Positions 33,392 through 44,230 of a stretch of 64,000 bases of DNA are shown here, piece by piece. Made by a program: the position numbers and the translations under genes. The stretch's first letter is position 1, and every line of letters begins with the position of its first letter. Below the pieces are notes generated by a model that worked only from the letters and a program-made list of their open reading frames with translations, was not told the origin of the DNA and did not search any database. The stretch spans positions 224,001 through 288,000 of the forward strand of contig CBDBBI010000010.1 of assembly GCA_965202625.1 (NCBI GenBank). Reading direction: 5' to 3'. Source of the DNA: a bacterium (lineage in GTDB: Bacteria > UBA8248).

Positions 33392-34261
33392 ATGTCGATT
33401 CTCTTCGTTTTTGTGGACGGCTTGGGAATCGCTCCCCCGGGGCCGGGAAATCCTCTCTCCCGCCTGACGGAGCCTCCGCTGGGCCCGTTGGGCGGAAAGC
33501 CGGCGCAAGGTTTTTCGCTTATCGAGGCGGACGCCTGTCTCGGCGTTGAGGGCGTCCCCCAAAGCGCGACGGGAGGGACGGCGCTGTTCACGGGCGTGAA
33601 CGCGCCCCAACTTGAGGGGGGGCACCGTCAGGGTCTGCCGAACACGCGGTTGCGCCATATCTTGTGCAGAAACGGCCTGCTCAGGCGTGCCCGGGAGAGG
33701 GGCGCGCTCGTCGGGTTCGCCAACGCATATACGCCTCGTTTTTTTGCGCGTCGCCGAAGCCGCAGGCGTTCGGTAACCACGGTGATGGCGGAAAGCGCGG
33801 GAATTTCGCTCAACCGTCTGGACGATCTCCTTGACGGAAGAGCCGTTTATCGAGACTACACGAACGGGAGCGTCGCCGGGCAGGGCCACGAGATAAGAAC
33901 AATAGACGCACAAGAGGCGGGCGGCCGCCTTGGAGAGTTGGCGAAGAGAGCGGATTTGCTGATCTATGAATTTTTTCATACCGATCATGTCGGGCACCGG
34001 GGCGGGCCGGACGACGCTTTTGCTGTTTTGGCGGACTTGAACCGGTTTTTGCGCGCCGCGTTGCGGCGTATGGACCCGGCGGAGGATACGTTCATCTTGA
34101 GCAGCGATCACGGAAACGTGGAGGATATGAAAACGTCCTCCCACACGAGAAACCCCGTCCCGATACTTCTGTATGGCAAATATGCGGAGAACCTGCTTGC
34201 GGGGGCGAGCAGTCCGAGCATCTGCCATGTGACGCCCTCGATTCTTTCCATCGTTACATAA
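33392..34261 (+). CDS. Alkaline-phosphatase-superfamily metalloenzyme (phosphoglycerate/phosphopentomutase-like)
   Basis: FVDGLG, PQSATG.T, TDHVGH, SSDHGNVED and HTRNPVP. Confidence 0.75.
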   Translation: MSILFVFVDGLGIAPPGPGNPLSRLTEPPLGPLGGKPAQGFSLIEADACLGVEGVPQSATGGTALFTGVNAPQLEGGHRQGLPNTRLRHILCRNGLLRRARERGALVGFANAYTPRFFARRRSRRRSVTTVMAESAGISLNRLDDLLDGRAVYRDYTNGSVAGQGHEIRTIDAQEAGGRLGELAKRADLLIYEFFHTDHVGHRGGPDDAFAVLADLNRFLRAALRRMDPAEDTFILSSDHGNVEDMKTSSHTRNPVPILLYGKYAENLLAGASSPSICHVTPSILSIVT

Positions 34262-34263
34262 AA

Positions 34264-34286
34264 AGGCGTCAACGCCTCTTCTTTCT
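34264..34286 (+). terminator. Short intrinsic terminator
   Basis: AGGCG-TCAA-CGCCT followed by a pyrimidine run, directly after the stop codon. Confidence 0.4.
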
Positions 34287-34292
34287 CACGTG

Positions 34293-34321
34293 TTGACTTT
34301 CCAGGCAGTCGCGCATATAAT
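34293..34321 (+). promoter_or_regulatory. Near-consensus sigma70 promoter for rodZ-mfd
   Basis: TTGACT-17 nt-TATAAT. Confidence 0.75.
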
Positions 34322-34362
34322 CATACTTCTGTTCAACGTAAGTTATTTCTAGAATTGGGTAA

Positions 34363-35373
34363 ATGGGCAAAAATACGGACGTGCCGCGGATAGAGAAGGG
34401 GGGGTTGGGGTCTTTTCTCAAAAGAGCCCGTGAGCAGAGGAGTATATCCCTCCGCTACGTGTCTGACTGCACGAAAATCAGGACCTACTATCTGGAAAGC
34501 TTGGAAAACAGCGAGTTGGATCGGTTGCCGTCCGGACCGGTGGGGGTGGGGTTCGTTCGCGCTTTTGCGGATGCGATTGGCGTGGATGCGGACGTCGTCG
34601 TGACAGCCTATAAGCAGGAGACTTCGATCGAACGCCCCTCGGATGTGCCTGAGCCTGCGTCAAATTCCCAACCCTTCCGCATCCTACCCCCCTATGCGAA
34701 TCGCGTTTTGCCTATCGTATCCGTCGTCTCCATCCTGCTTTTGCTCCTTGCCAGCGGTGGGTTTTTCTGGTTCGTGAAAGGAAGGACGGAATCGTTTACG
34801 GACCCGCTTGTCAAGAGAGTAAAAATTGCGCTTGTGCCTGGGACGAATGGGCAGGTGCGCCTAGAAAGCGGGCGCGGCAAGGAGAACAACAACAACGGCG
34901 CGAATAGCACAGGGCGAGAGGTTGGCGTCGTTGAGGGGAGCGAGGTTTCTGAAGAGGCGGGCTCTGCCGCCTCGGCCGGGAGTTTGCAGGTTTATTCAAA
35001 TGGGGAGGAAGGGGGCATTTCCACCAAGGAAAACGCTACGGCCGCAAAGAAAGTTGCCCTCAACGTCCCTTTAAATGGAGACGATGCGCCACAAGGCGAG
35101 CTGATGCCGGCGGCTCCTGAGGCAATTTCGTTGACGTTGAGGGTCGTGGCGATAGAGGATACGTGGCTGCGAATCGTGGTTGACGCGAAAAGCACGCAGG
35201 AACTTCTCTTGTTGGCGGGCCAAGAGAGAAACTGGGACGCGTTGGAGAAATTCGTGGTCACCGTAGGCAACGTGGTGGGAACGCAGATGTACCTGAACGG
35301 CGCAAGCATTCCATTGCAAAGCACTGATAACGTGCTGAGGGATTTTCCCATCACCAAGGAATCTCTGAATTAG
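34363..35373 (+). CDS. rodZ: RodZ-like protein (HTH, TM helix, DUF4115)
   Basis: GSFLKRARE..SISL...TKIR..YLESLE...GFVRAFA, one TM helix and C-terminal TWLRIVVD...VGN...LNG. Confidence 0.85.
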   Translation: MGKNTDVPRIEKGGLGSFLKRAREQRSISLRYVSDCTKIRTYYLESLENSELDRLPSGPVGVGFVRAFADAIGVDADVVVTAYKQETSIERPSDVPEPASNSQPFRILPPYANRVLPIVSVVSILLLLLASGGFFWFVKGRTESFTDPLVKRVKIALVPGTNGQVRLESGRGKENNNNGANSTGREVGVVEGSEVSEEAGSAASAGSLQVYSNGEEGGISTKENATAAKKVALNVPLNGDDAPQGELMPAAPEAISLTLRVVAIEDTWLRIVVDAKSTQELLLLAGQERNWDALEKFVVTVGNVVGTQMYLNGASIPLQSTDNVLRDFPITKESLN

Positions 35374-35465
35374 CCGTTTACTATCCGAAGTTTTTATGAC
35401 CTCCGAAGTCTCCACCCCGTTTCAGCCGTTTGTCGCCTGGTGCCATTCAAAACCTGAAGTCTCGT

Positions 35466-38400
35466 ATGATAGATAAATCTTTCTTGTCGCCCGGAACGTC
35501 GGAGGAGAAGGCGTGGGTGCGCCTGCGTGGTGCGAATGAGGCGACTATTGCCTGGTGGCTCGCCTGGCTCGCGCGCGAAAACCCGGGTCCCGTTATTTTC
35601 GTCGAGGAGAATCAGCGTCGCCTCAAGACGATCGAGACGAACTTTAACATGTTCGTCGGCGCTTCGGGCGCGCGGGGCTTTCTGCCAGTATTTGTCTTTC
35701 CTTCCTGGGATGCGTATCCGTTCTCTAGGTTGTCTCCATCCAGTGAAGTCGTCGGCGAGAGGATGGCCGCGTTGCAGTTCTTGCGCGAGGGAGGACGGGG
35801 CGTCGTGCTGACGACGGCGTCGGCGATAGGCGCGAGAATGCCTCCGCCCGCTCGGTTGGACGACGCCATGATCCGCCTGCGCGAGGGGATGGCGATCGAG
35901 TGGGATGAACTGATGGGGTCGCTCGAATCGTTGATGTATCAAAGAAGGTCGGTGGTTGAATCCCCCGGAGATTACGCGGTGCGGGGCGGCATTCTGGATT
36001 TTTTCTCCCCCCAGAACGCCCATCCGACGCGCCTGGAGTTTCGAGGCGACGAGCTGGACTCCCTGCGAAATTTTAATCCACAGACCCAGCGAAATCTGGA
36101 CACGCTCCAGAGCGTGGACGTTTTCCCGTCGAGGGAGATTGTTCTCTCGCCGGACGAGCTGGAAAGGGGCCGCCGTGCCATTTTGGAGGCCGTCGCGCCC
36201 GAGACGAGACAAAGAACGGAGCGCCTCCTTGAATACCTGGATGCGGATAGATACTTCCCGGGCATGGAGGGGCTCGCGCCACTTTTTTTGTCCAAGATGA
36301 CGACGTTGTTCGATGTGGCGCCAGGCGATGCGTTGTGGATTTTGAATGAGCCGGAAGCCCTGAACGAGGCGATGGAGCAGTCGTGGAGCGAGATCTGCGA
36401 GGAGGCGCGCCTCGCACCCGAGAGGGGCCTCATCTCTTTTGCTCCCGAGCTTTTATGGCTCAGACCCGGGGAGATTCGAGAAGAGTTGTCCATCTGGCCG
36501 CGCCTTGAGTTCGATTCCCTGGGGCTTGACGCCGCCAACGCGGAAGAAGAAGAGGCCTCGCGCGCGCGCGAGGAGGAGGAGAATACCCTCTCTGCGGAGA
36601 TTATCAATCCCTTCCGTGGGCGCGTGGAGGCGTTCATCGCGCAACTGCGTTCGTGGAGGCGCGAAGATGAAAGCATCGTCATCACGGCGCAGGAGAAGAC
36701 CCTCGCGCTGAGGATACAGGCGTTGCTGCGCGAGCATGAGCTGGGCGTAAGAATTTTGCCGCAGGGCGTTTCGCTCATGGATGAGCGGCCCGACGTCGTT
36801 TTAGTCGAAGGCAAGCTCAGCGCTAGTTTCCGACTCCCAGTGGAGAGGAGGATTTTCTTTCGTGCGGAGGATTTGCTGGTCGGCGCCTTGGGGGGAGATT
36901 CGCGCCGCCTCCCTCCGTCAAGGCCCGGCGAGGGTTTCAAGGATTTGAACGAAAAGGATTTGGTGGTGCACGTGGAGCATGGCGTGGGCCGCTACGTGGG
37001 CACGCGCGTCATCGCGCATCAAGACGGAGAGAGTGAATTCCTCACCCTACAATACGCGGGCAGCGACAAACTGTATGTTCCAATGGACGACGTCGAGAGC
37101 ATCCACAAGTATCGCGGAGCAGGCGCTGCGCCGCCTTTGGATAGGCTGGGGGGAAGCCGCTGGAGCAAGGCGAAGAAAAACGTTAAGAGGAGGCTTCGAA
37201 GCGTCGCCCGTGATCTGGTGCGCCTCTATTCCGAGCGAAACGCCGCCAAAGGGTATGCCTTCTCAGGGGACAGCGCGTTCGATCGTGAAATATCTGACGG
37301 CTTCGATTTCGAGGAGACGCCCGATCAGGAGCAGGCCATTCGCGCCGTTTTGGAGGATATGGAGCGTGCCCAGCCGATGGATCGCCTCGTTTGCGGAGAC
37401 GTGGGGTATGGAAAAACGGAGGTGGCCCTCCGCGCCGCCGCCAGGGCGATTTCGGCCGGTAAGCAGGTCGCCGTCATTGTACCGACGACGCTGTTGGCCC
37501 ATCAGCATTGGGACACGTTCCGGAGGAGGTTCGAGAAACTACCGGTTCGCGTCGAGATGCTCTCTCGCTTCAGGAGCCGTAAGGCACAGGGCGAGGTGGT
37601 CGAGGGCCTCTCCCGTGGGGGCGTGGATATCGTGGTGGGCACCCATCGGCTGTTGCAGAAGGGGGTATCGTTTCATGACCTGGGACTCTTGGTCATCGAC
37701 GAGGAGCATCGCTTTGGCGTCTCCCACAAGGAAAAGATCAAGAAGCTTCGCGTCAACGTGGACGTTCTGACGCTGACCGCCACGCCTATTCCGAGAACGT
37801 TACAGATGGCGCTGTCCGGAACGCGCGACTTGAGCGTCATCGAAACGCCTCCGCGCCACAGGGTCGCGCCGCGCACGTATATCTCCCGCTTCAGCGAAAG
37901 GTTGATCAAGGAGGCTATCACGAAGGAAATCGACCGGGGGGGACAGGCGTTTTTCGTGCACAATCGGGTGCGCAGCCTTCCCGCCATGCGCCGGCTTCTT
38001 GCCAGATTGTTGCCGGACGCACGCATCCTGGTGGGGCACGGCCAGATGAAGGAGCGAGAACTGGAGGAGGTGATGGAGCAGTTCGTGACCCGTCGAGCTG
38101 ACGTTCTGCTCTGCACGACGATTATCGAAAGCGGACTCGACATTCCCTCGGTGAACACGATCTTGATCCATCGGGCGGACATGTTCGGCATGGCGCAACT
38201 ATACCAGTTGCGCGGTCGGGTGGGACGCGACCGTTTTCAGTCCCACGCCTATCTTTTGGTGTCGGGTGCGGAATCCTTGACGAAGCAGGCAAAGGAGCGG
38301 TTGCGGGCGCTGGAGGAGTTGAGCGAACTGGGGGACGGCTTCAAACTGTCCATGCGGGATTTGGAAATTCGCGGCGCCGGACACTTGCTGGGGCATCGGC

Positions 38401-38945
38401 AAGCAGGACAAATCTCCGCCGTGGGGTTTGACATGTATTGTCGACTGTTGGAGGAGGTTGTTCAGGAGACGAAGGGTGCGCGCATCGATCGCCACGAGCC
38501 CGATATAGTCGCGCCGGTGGCGGGTGCGCTGCCCCCTTCATGGATTTCGGGCCAGGCAGAGCGCTTGGACGTGTATCGCAGAATCGCCTCGGCGCGGGGG
38601 CCAGGCGAGTTGAGAGAATTGGCAGTCGAGCTCAGGGATAAATTCGGGGAAATGCCGATTCGCGCTCTCCATCTTCTGCAGTTGGGGGAAATTCGCTTGC
38701 GCGCCCGTCTTTGCGGAATTAAATCCCTCCACCTTCGGGGCAAGGAGGCGCACCTGGAGGTTTTTCCAGGAGATTACGAATTAACGGCCGCTTTTTTGGA
38801 CGTGCCGGGGATGACGTTCACCGATGCGCACGCTTTTCGGGCGTCCATCAGCGGTCGTTGGCCCGAAGATTTTGACTTTCTCGTCCAAGTCTTGGATGCT
38901 TTGGAGGTATGCAAGGTGTCCGAAGGCGAGTGGGCGGCGGAATAG
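35466..38945 (+). CDS. mfd: Transcription-repair coupling factor
   Basis: AVRGGILD, VVHVEHGVGRY, ETPDQ, CGDVGYGKTEVA, DEEHRFGV, QLRGRVGR and DLEIRGAG. Confidence 0.97.
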   Translation: MIDKSFLSPGTSEEKAWVRLRGANEATIAWWLAWLARENPGPVIFVEENQRRLKTIETNFNMFVGASGARGFLPVFVFPSWDAYPFSRLSPSSEVVGERMAALQFLREGGRGVVLTTASAIGARMPPPARLDDAMIRLREGMAIEWDELMGSLESLMYQRRSVVESPGDYAVRGGILDFFSPQNAHPTRLEFRGDELDSLRNFNPQTQRNLDTLQSVDVFPSREIVLSPDELERGRRAILEAVAPETRQRTERLLEYLDADRYFPGMEGLAPLFLSKMTTLFDVAPGDALWILNEPEALNEAMEQSWSEICEEARLAPERGLISFAPELLWLRPGEIREELSIWPRLEFDSLGLDAANAEEEEASRAREEEENTLSAEIINPFRGRVEAFIAQLRSWRREDESIVITAQEKTLALRIQALLREHELGVRILPQGVSLMDERPDVVLVEGKLSASFRLPVERRIFFRAEDLLVGALGGDSRRLPPSRPGEGFKDLNEKDLVVHVEHGVGRYVGTRVIAHQDGESEFLTLQYAGSDKLYVPMDDVESIHKYRGAGAAPPLDRLGGSRWSKAKKNVKRRLRSVARDLVRLYSERNAAKGYAFSGDSAFDREISDGFDFEETPDQEQAIRAVLEDMERAQPMDRLVCGDVGYGKTEVALRAAARAISAGKQVAVIVPTTLLAHQHWDTFRRRFEKLPVRVEMLSRFRSRKAQGEVVEGLSRGGVDIVVGTHRLLQKGVSFHDLGLLVIDEEHRFGVSHKEKIKKLRVNVDVLTLTATPIPRTLQMALSGTRDLSVIETPPRHRVAPRTYISRFSERLIKEAITKEIDRGGQAFFVHNRVRSLPAMRRLLARLLPDARILVGHGQMKERELEEVMEQFVTRRADVLLCTTIIESGLDIPSVNTILIHRADMFGMAQLYQLRGRVGRDRFQSHAYLLVSGAESLTKQAKERLRALEELSELGDGFKLSMRDLEIRGAGHLLGHRQAGQISAVGFDMYCRLLEEVVQETKGARIDRHEPDIVAPVAGALPPSWISGQAERLDVYRRIASARGPGELRELAVELRDKFGEMPIRALHLLQLGEIRLRARLCGIKSLHLRGKEAHLEVFPGDYELTAAFLDVPGMTFTDAHAFRASISGRWPEDFDFLVQVLDALEVCKVSEGEWAAE

Positions 38946-39268
38946 ACATGAGGCTCAATGCCATGGAGAGCGAGCGGAGCGCGCGGTGCCTGGTTTTTAA
39001 GCGGCGGGATCTGGTGGGTTTTCATTTGTCTGATGTGGCTCTTGTTCCTTGTTTTCTAGGCGGCTCGGTTATTTCACGCGGGTGTGGGGTGAGAAAAAAA
39101 TGTATTCTCCTCGCCGAGCTAAACGGCGAACCCATCACCAGGGTGCTGGTGAGCAGATTGTGAACAGGCGCCCCTTTCTGCCGTCCGTCTGAGGGGACAT
39201 TCGGTGTCAGTTGCTGGTGGACAAGGGACGAGAGAGGTTTCAGAATTGGCTGAGGAAACTGAGGCGAA

Positions 39269-40780
39269 ATGCGAAAATTCAATACCATTGGGGAAACCTT
39301 GAAAACCTCGCGTCTGGCTAAGAGTTTTGGTGTTTGGACTGCGGTTTTTTGTGCCTTTGCGGGGGGCGCGACGGCGGCGGTCGTGACGGTCGAGAGAATT
39401 ATCGCTAAGGTCAACGATGAGATCATCATGCTTTCCGAGCTTCAGGATTTCGTGAAGCCGCGCGTCGAGGAGTTGAGGAAGAACTATGCGGGAGAGGCAC
39501 TCAATAGCAGGATTCGTGAACTGGAGCTCGCCGCACTGGACGCCATGGTCGAGAAGAAGCTTATCTTGAAGCGCGCCGGCGTCATTGGGGCGAAAGTCGA
39601 CGAGAAAGAAATTGAAGGCGGCGTCACGCGCATCCTTCAGGAAAACAACATTACGACGGCTAGGCTGCGCGATATTTTGTCGGCGCAAGGCACGACTTTT
39701 GAGAAATATCGTGAGGACATACGTGAGCGGATATTGGCCCGGAAGGTGGAGCGTGCGGAGGTCGGCTTGCGCGTGCGCGTGGGGGAGCAGGAAGTTGCAG
39801 ACTATTATAACGCCCACGAGGACGACTACCGAGAGGGCGAGAGCAGGGTGGTCCGACAAATTTTCTTTCCCCTTGCCGAAGGAGCCTCCGCTCCGGAGGT
39901 GGAGGCGCAGCGGAAAAAGGCGACTCGCGCCTACGAGGAAGCGGCGAGACCGGATGCGGATTTCGCCCGAGTGGCTGCAAAGCGTTCACAAGGCCCCTCT
40001 AAGGGCCGGGGCGGATTGCTGGGCTCCTTGAAGAGGGGCGAGGTTTTTCCGGAGCTAGAACAACTCGTTTTCTCAGCGGAAGAGGGGAAGATAAGCAAGC
40101 CGACGAGAACGAGGGTTGGCTATCATGTCGTTCGCGTCGAGAAGGTGAATCCAGGAAAAACGATCAGCCTGGATCGCTTGGCGGGCAAGATTCGCGACAA
40201 ACTCTACGCGGAGAAATTCGTCAAGAGACGCCGTGAATGGATGGCGGATCTCAAGCGCAGCGCTTTTTTGGAAATCAGCTACGACCCCAAGACTCTGGGC
40301 AGCGGGCTCGCCTCCATCTCTCGGAACGTTCGCGAGCAGGTTACTTTCCGGCTGGTCGGCGTGCAGCTCAACGGATCCAGGGGCGTGTTTGGCCGCAGCT
40401 CCATTTTGTGGGCGTATGGCTCGAATCAGAGAGAGACGCGCTGGAAGTCCGATAAATTAAGCGTAGGCGCCCAAAGTCGTTTGGATAAGGACGCCATCGG
40501 TGCGTTGGCGCCAGGGCAGCGTCTGTTCGTCAATCCGGACCCGTCGGCGAACCTCTATTTGTTCGAGCATCGTTATTTGTTTCCTGACTCCTACATCGGG
40601 AAGGTGAATTTCGCGGACGTGATCAAGGCGTTCTCCCTCCAGTCCAGAGACCGGGGGGGAGGGGAAAAAATTGTGAAGATCGACTTTGATACCGATACGA
40701 AGTCCGCGCGGCTCGAGTTCGAAGTAGAGGTCGATATGATGCGCAGCATCGTGGCGGATCCCAAAAGAATCTCCCAGTGA
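39269..40780 (+). CDS. surA: SurA-like chaperone/parvulin PPIase with an extra C-terminal beta domain
   Basis: ERIIAKVNDEII SurA N-domain and parvulin FARVA..SQGPS...GGLLG...GYHVVRV, then about 150 extra residues. Confidence 0.8.
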   Translation: MRKFNTIGETLKTSRLAKSFGVWTAVFCAFAGGATAAVVTVERIIAKVNDEIIMLSELQDFVKPRVEELRKNYAGEALNSRIRELELAALDAMVEKKLILKRAGVIGAKVDEKEIEGGVTRILQENNITTARLRDILSAQGTTFEKYREDIRERILARKVERAEVGLRVRVGEQEVADYYNAHEDDYREGESRVVRQIFFPLAEGASAPEVEAQRKKATRAYEEAARPDADFARVAAKRSQGPSKGRGGLLGSLKRGEVFPELEQLVFSAEEGKISKPTRTRVGYHVVRVEKVNPGKTISLDRLAGKIRDKLYAEKFVKRRREWMADLKRSAFLEISYDPKTLGSGLASISRNVREQVTFRLVGVQLNGSRGVFGRSSILWAYGSNQRETRWKSDKLSVGAQSRLDKDAIGALAPGQRLFVNPDPSANLYLFEHRYLFPDSYIGKVNFADVIKAFSLQSRDRGGGEKIVKIDFDTDTKSARLEFEVEVDMMRSIVADPKRISQ

Positions 40781-41097
40781 CGATGCGCTTGGATCAGTTT
40801 TTGAGCCAGAGCCGCCTCGTGAAACGTCGGTCGCTCGCCAAGCGCTTGGTGGACGGGGGCGTCGTAAGCATTGAGGGCAGAGCGGCGAAAGCTTCCTCCC
40901 GAGTGGAAGTCGGAGACGTGCTCACAGTGCGGTTCGAGAGTAGGACGTTGCGAATTCGCGTGCTGGGTGAGGCGAATCGTCCCCTCTCGAAAGAGGGCGC
41001 CTCTGGCCAGTTCGAGGTTCTTGAGGAGTCGGTTCTCGCCGTTGATGAGACGAAAAACGCCTCGAACGCCCCGATGGATTTCTTGAAGCGCGCGTAA
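40777..41097 (+). CDS. S4-domain RNA-binding protein (Hsp15/RqcP-like)
   Basis: MRLDQFLSQSRLVKRRSLAK...AKASSRVEVGD. Confidence 0.85.
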   Translation: MTMRLDQFLSQSRLVKRRSLAKRLVDGGVVSIEGRAAKASSRVEVGDVLTVRFESRTLRIRVLGEANRPLSKEGASGQFEVLEESVLAVDETKNASNAPMDFLKRA

Positions 41098-41198
41098 ATC
41101 CGCCCTTGTCCTTCATAGAGAAGGCTGCTAGGCTTCGTGGCCGTCGCTTGATGCGCTTGCTTGCTATCGCCGGGCGGAAGATAAGGATGTGGCAGGTT

Positions 41199-41231
41199 CC
41201 CCTTTAATGCCGTCCTGTGAGGCGGCGAAGG
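41199..41231 (+). promoter_or_regulatory. PyrR-binding RNA loop (anti-antiterminator) of the pyr leader
   Basis: CCTTTAATGCCGTCCTGTGAGGCGGCGAAGG matches the PyrR site pattern CUUUAA..(A)GUCCNGNGAGGCU..AAGG. Confidence 0.85.
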
Positions 41232-41276
41232 AGGAAGCGTCGGATGTTTTTGCTCTTTTCGTCCATTCTACGCGCT

Positions 41277-41305
41277 CCATGCCCTGATGGCATGGTGTTT
41301 TTTTT
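41277..41305 (+). terminator. pyr attenuator terminator
   Basis: CCATGCC-CTGAT-GGCATGG followed by TG and T8, upstream of pyrR. Confidence 0.8.
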
Positions 41306-41355
41306 GTGTTCTCCTCTTGCGCCCCGCTGGCCGGGCGGTGGATTTTGCCCTGGCG

Positions 41356-41886
41356 ATGAAACAACTCGGCGCTGAGCAGCTGCGGCGCACCTTGAGGCGC
41401 TTGTCGCACGAGATTCTCGAGCGGACGACCGATATGTCCGCCTTGGTGATGGTCGGCATCCGCACGAGGGGCGCGCCGCTCGCCGAAAGGCTGGCGGAGG
41501 AACTCAGGTCTCTGACGGGTGCCCGTCCGCTCGTGGGTGCGCTTGACGTCACCCTGTATCGCGACGACCTGGATCAGGGCGGCGACGTGCGAACCAAGCT
41601 GCTCAGGACGCACCTCCCCTTCTCGTGTGAGGAGAGGGATGTCGTTCTCGTCGATGATGTGCTCCACACGGGCCGGACGGCGCGCGCCGCCTTGGCCGCG
41701 CTCCTCGGTTTCGGGCGGCCCCGCAGGGTGAGACTCGCCATTCTCATAGACAGAGGAGGGTGCGAGCTGCCGATTCGCGCTGATTTCGTGGGGAGGAACG
41801 TCGAGGCGGCCCCGCATGAGGAAGTGCGCGTGAATCTGGAGGAAATCGACGGCCAGGACGCCGTATTCAAGCGCTCGAGCGAATAA
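41356..41886 (+). CDS. pyrR: PyrR attenuation protein, operonic copy
   Basis: LRRTLRRLSHEILER, GIRTRG, LDVTLYRDDL and LVDDVLHTGRT. Start may instead be GTG 41338. Confidence 0.9.
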   Translation: MKQLGAEQLRRTLRRLSHEILERTTDMSALVMVGIRTRGAPLAERLAEELRSLTGARPLVGALDVTLYRDDLDQGGDVRTKLLRTHLPFSCEERDVVLVDDVLHTGRTARAALAALLGFGRPRRVRLAILIDRGGCELPIRADFVGRNVEAAPHEEVRVNLEEIDGQDAVFKRSSE

Positions 41887-41907
41887 GGGTGTTATCGGGG
41901 GGATGAC

Positions 41908-42924
41908 ATGAGTGTGGAGACGTATCGGAGAAAGGATTTGCTCTCGATTCGGGAGCTCGCCCCTGAAGAGATATTGTTTCTGCTTGACCAGACCAATTCT
42001 TTTCGGGAGATCAACGAGCGCGATATCAAGAAGGTTCCCACGCTGAGGGGGAAAACCATTGTCAACTTCTTCTTTGAGAACAGCACGAGAACGCGCGCTT
42101 CATTTGAGATCGCGGGCAAGCGCCTCTCGGCGGACGTGATCAACCTTTCCGTCTCCACGAGCTCGGCGAGCAAGGGGGAAACCCTGCGGGATATGGCGAG
42201 AAACATCGAGGCGATGGCCACCGACGTGCTCGTCGTTCGCCATTGGGCGTCCGGAGCGCCCGCCTACCTGGGGCGGGAGCTCGGGTGCGCCGTCGTGAAC
42301 GCGGGCGACGGCTGTCATGAGCACCCCACGCAGGCGTTACTCGACCTCTACACCATCCGCGAGCACAAGGAGAAATTTGAGGGGTTGCGCGTTTCCATCG
42401 TGGGGGATATCGCCCATAGCCGCGTGGCGCGCTCCAACGTGGCGGGGCTGTTGAAACTTGGTGCGGAGGTTACTTTTTGTGGTCCCTCGACGATGCTGCC
42501 GGCCGACGTGGAATGTCTGGGGGCGCGCGTGACGACGAGGCTGGATGAGGCGATCGACGACGCGGACGTTCTCATTGCCCTTCGAATTCAGTTGGAGCGA
42601 GGCGCAGGGGGTGCGTTTCCCAGCGCGCGCGAATACGCCAACACCTATGGCATCACCCGAAAGAAGTTGCGGGACGCGAAGAGCGACCTCCTGATCATGC
42701 ACCCAGGGCCAATCAATCGCGGAGTGGAAATGTCTCCCGACGTGGCCGACGGACGATTCTCCGTCATCCTGCAGCAGGTCGAATACGGGGTCGCCTGCCG
42801 AATGGCGATTCTCTACCTCCTCTCGATGAGAAGGGATGAGGAGCAAAAAGACGCGGTACCAAAGACGGCGAGCGCTGTTTCGGAAAAATCACGAGAGGAG
42901 GCGAGAGATGCCGTTGCTCATTAG
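41908..42924 (+). CDS. pyrB: Aspartate carbamoyltransferase catalytic subunit
   Basis: [30 protein letters not shown] and [10 protein letters not shown]. Confidence 0.97.
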   Translation: MSVETYRRKDLLSIRELAPEEILFLLDQTNSFREINERDIKKVPTLRGKTIVNFFFENSTRTRASFEIAGKRLSADVINLSVSTSSASKGETLRDMARNIEAMATDVLVVRHWASGAPAYLGRELGCAVVNAGDGCHEHPTQALLDLYTIREHKEKFEGLRVSIVGDIAHSRVARSNVAGLLKLGAEVTFCGPSTMLPADVECLGARVTTRLDEAIDDADVLIALRIQLERGAGGAFPSAREYANTYGITRKKLRDAKSDLLIMHPGPINRGVEMSPDVADGRFSVILQQVEYGVACRMAILYLLSMRRDEEQKDAVPKTASAVSEKSREEARDAVAH

Positions 42925-44230
42925 GGGGGGGCGTCTCGTCGATCCCTCCGATGGGGTCGATGAGAAATGCGATATCCTAATAGAGGCGGGACGGGTCGCG
43001 CACAGGAGCAAGAACATACTGCCGCGCGGAGGGGACGAGGTTTTGGACGCTGGGGGGCTGGTCGTGGCGCCGGGTTTCATCGACATGCACGTCCATTTCA
43101 GGGAGCCAGGGCAAGAATACAAAGAGGATATCGAAAGCGGGACCCGCGCCGCCGTCGCGGGCGGTTTCACCGGCGTGGCGTGCATGGCGAACACCGATCC
43201 GGTGAACGACACGAGCTCGATCACCGAGCGCATCCTCAAGCGCGCGCGCGAGGTGGGTTCGTGCCGCGTGTTTCCCGTCGGCTCGGTTTCCGTAGGTTTG
43301 GAAGGCGAGGAATTGAGCGAGATGGCCGAACAGATAGAAGCCGGCGCGGTGGCCTTTAGCGATGACGGCGCGCCGGTCAAGACGGCCGCACTGATGCGCT
43401 CCGCGCTCGAATATGCCGGTATGCTGGGGGTGAGCGTGCTCGATCACGCTGAGGACGCGTCGCTCTCCGAGGGCAGGGTGATGAACGAGGGGGCGGTGTC
43501 CACCATGCTTGGCCTGTCGGGGAACCCTGAGGCCAGCGAGGACATATGCGTCTATCGGGATGTCCGCCTAGCGGAACTGACGGGGGGGAGGCTCCACGTC
43601 CTGCACCTATCCTCTGCCGGCGCGGTGGATTTGATTCGAGAGGCGAGAGCGCGGGGCGTCCGCGTGACGGGAGAGGTGACGCCGCACCATTTTTCTTTGA
43701 CCGAGGAGGCGATTCGCGGATTCAACTCATCAGCAAAGATGGCGCCTCCGTTGCGCGACGAGGCGAACCGTCGCGCGCTCCTTAAGGGACTCAAGGAGGA
43801 TGTTATCTCTGTTATTGCCTCGGACCACGCCCCCCATTACGAGGCGGAGATCCAAAGGGAGTTCGACGCCGTTCCGTTCGGGGTGGTGGGTCTGGAGACG
43901 GCCGTGTCCCTCGCACTGGACAGGTTGGTGGGCGGGGGTGTGCTCACGTTGTCCGAGATGATCGCGAAATTTACCAAGGGCCCGTGCGAGGTGCTGGGTT
44001 TGCCATACGGCACTCTGAAGGAGGGCGCGCCCGCAGACGTAACGATACTCGACCCCGCGCGCGAGGTGCTTGTCGACCCCAGCACTTTCGAGAGCAATGG
44101 CAAGAACACGCCCTTCGCCGGCTGGAAACTCAGGGGATGTGCTGTAGCCACGATCGTTTCGGGGCGTTTGCGGATGAGTCGGCTCGGGGGCACGCTGCGC
44201 ATCTCTGCACAGGAGGCGCTCGCCCTATGA
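42908..44230 (+). CDS. pyrC: Dihydroorotase, long type I
   Basis: [37 protein letters not shown] and KNTPF. Confidence 0.95.
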   Translation: MPLLIRGGRLVDPSDGVDEKCDILIEAGRVAHRSKNILPRGGDEVLDAGGLVVAPGFIDMHVHFREPGQEYKEDIESGTRAAVAGGFTGVACMANTDPVNDTSSITERILKRAREVGSCRVFPVGSVSVGLEGEELSEMAEQIEAGAVAFSDDGAPVKTAALMRSALEYAGMLGVSVLDHAEDASLSEGRVMNEGAVSTMLGLSGNPEASEDICVYRDVRLAELTGGRLHVLHLSSAGAVDLIREARARGVRVTGEVTPHHFSLTEEAIRGFNSSAKMAPPLRDEANRRALLKGLKEDVISVIASDHAPHYEAEIQREFDAVPFGVVGLETAVSLALDRLVGGGVLTLSEMIAKFTKGPCEVLGLPYGTLKEGAPADVTILDPAREVLVDPSTFESNGKNTPFAGWKLRGCAVATIVSGRLRMSRLGGTLRISAQEALAL

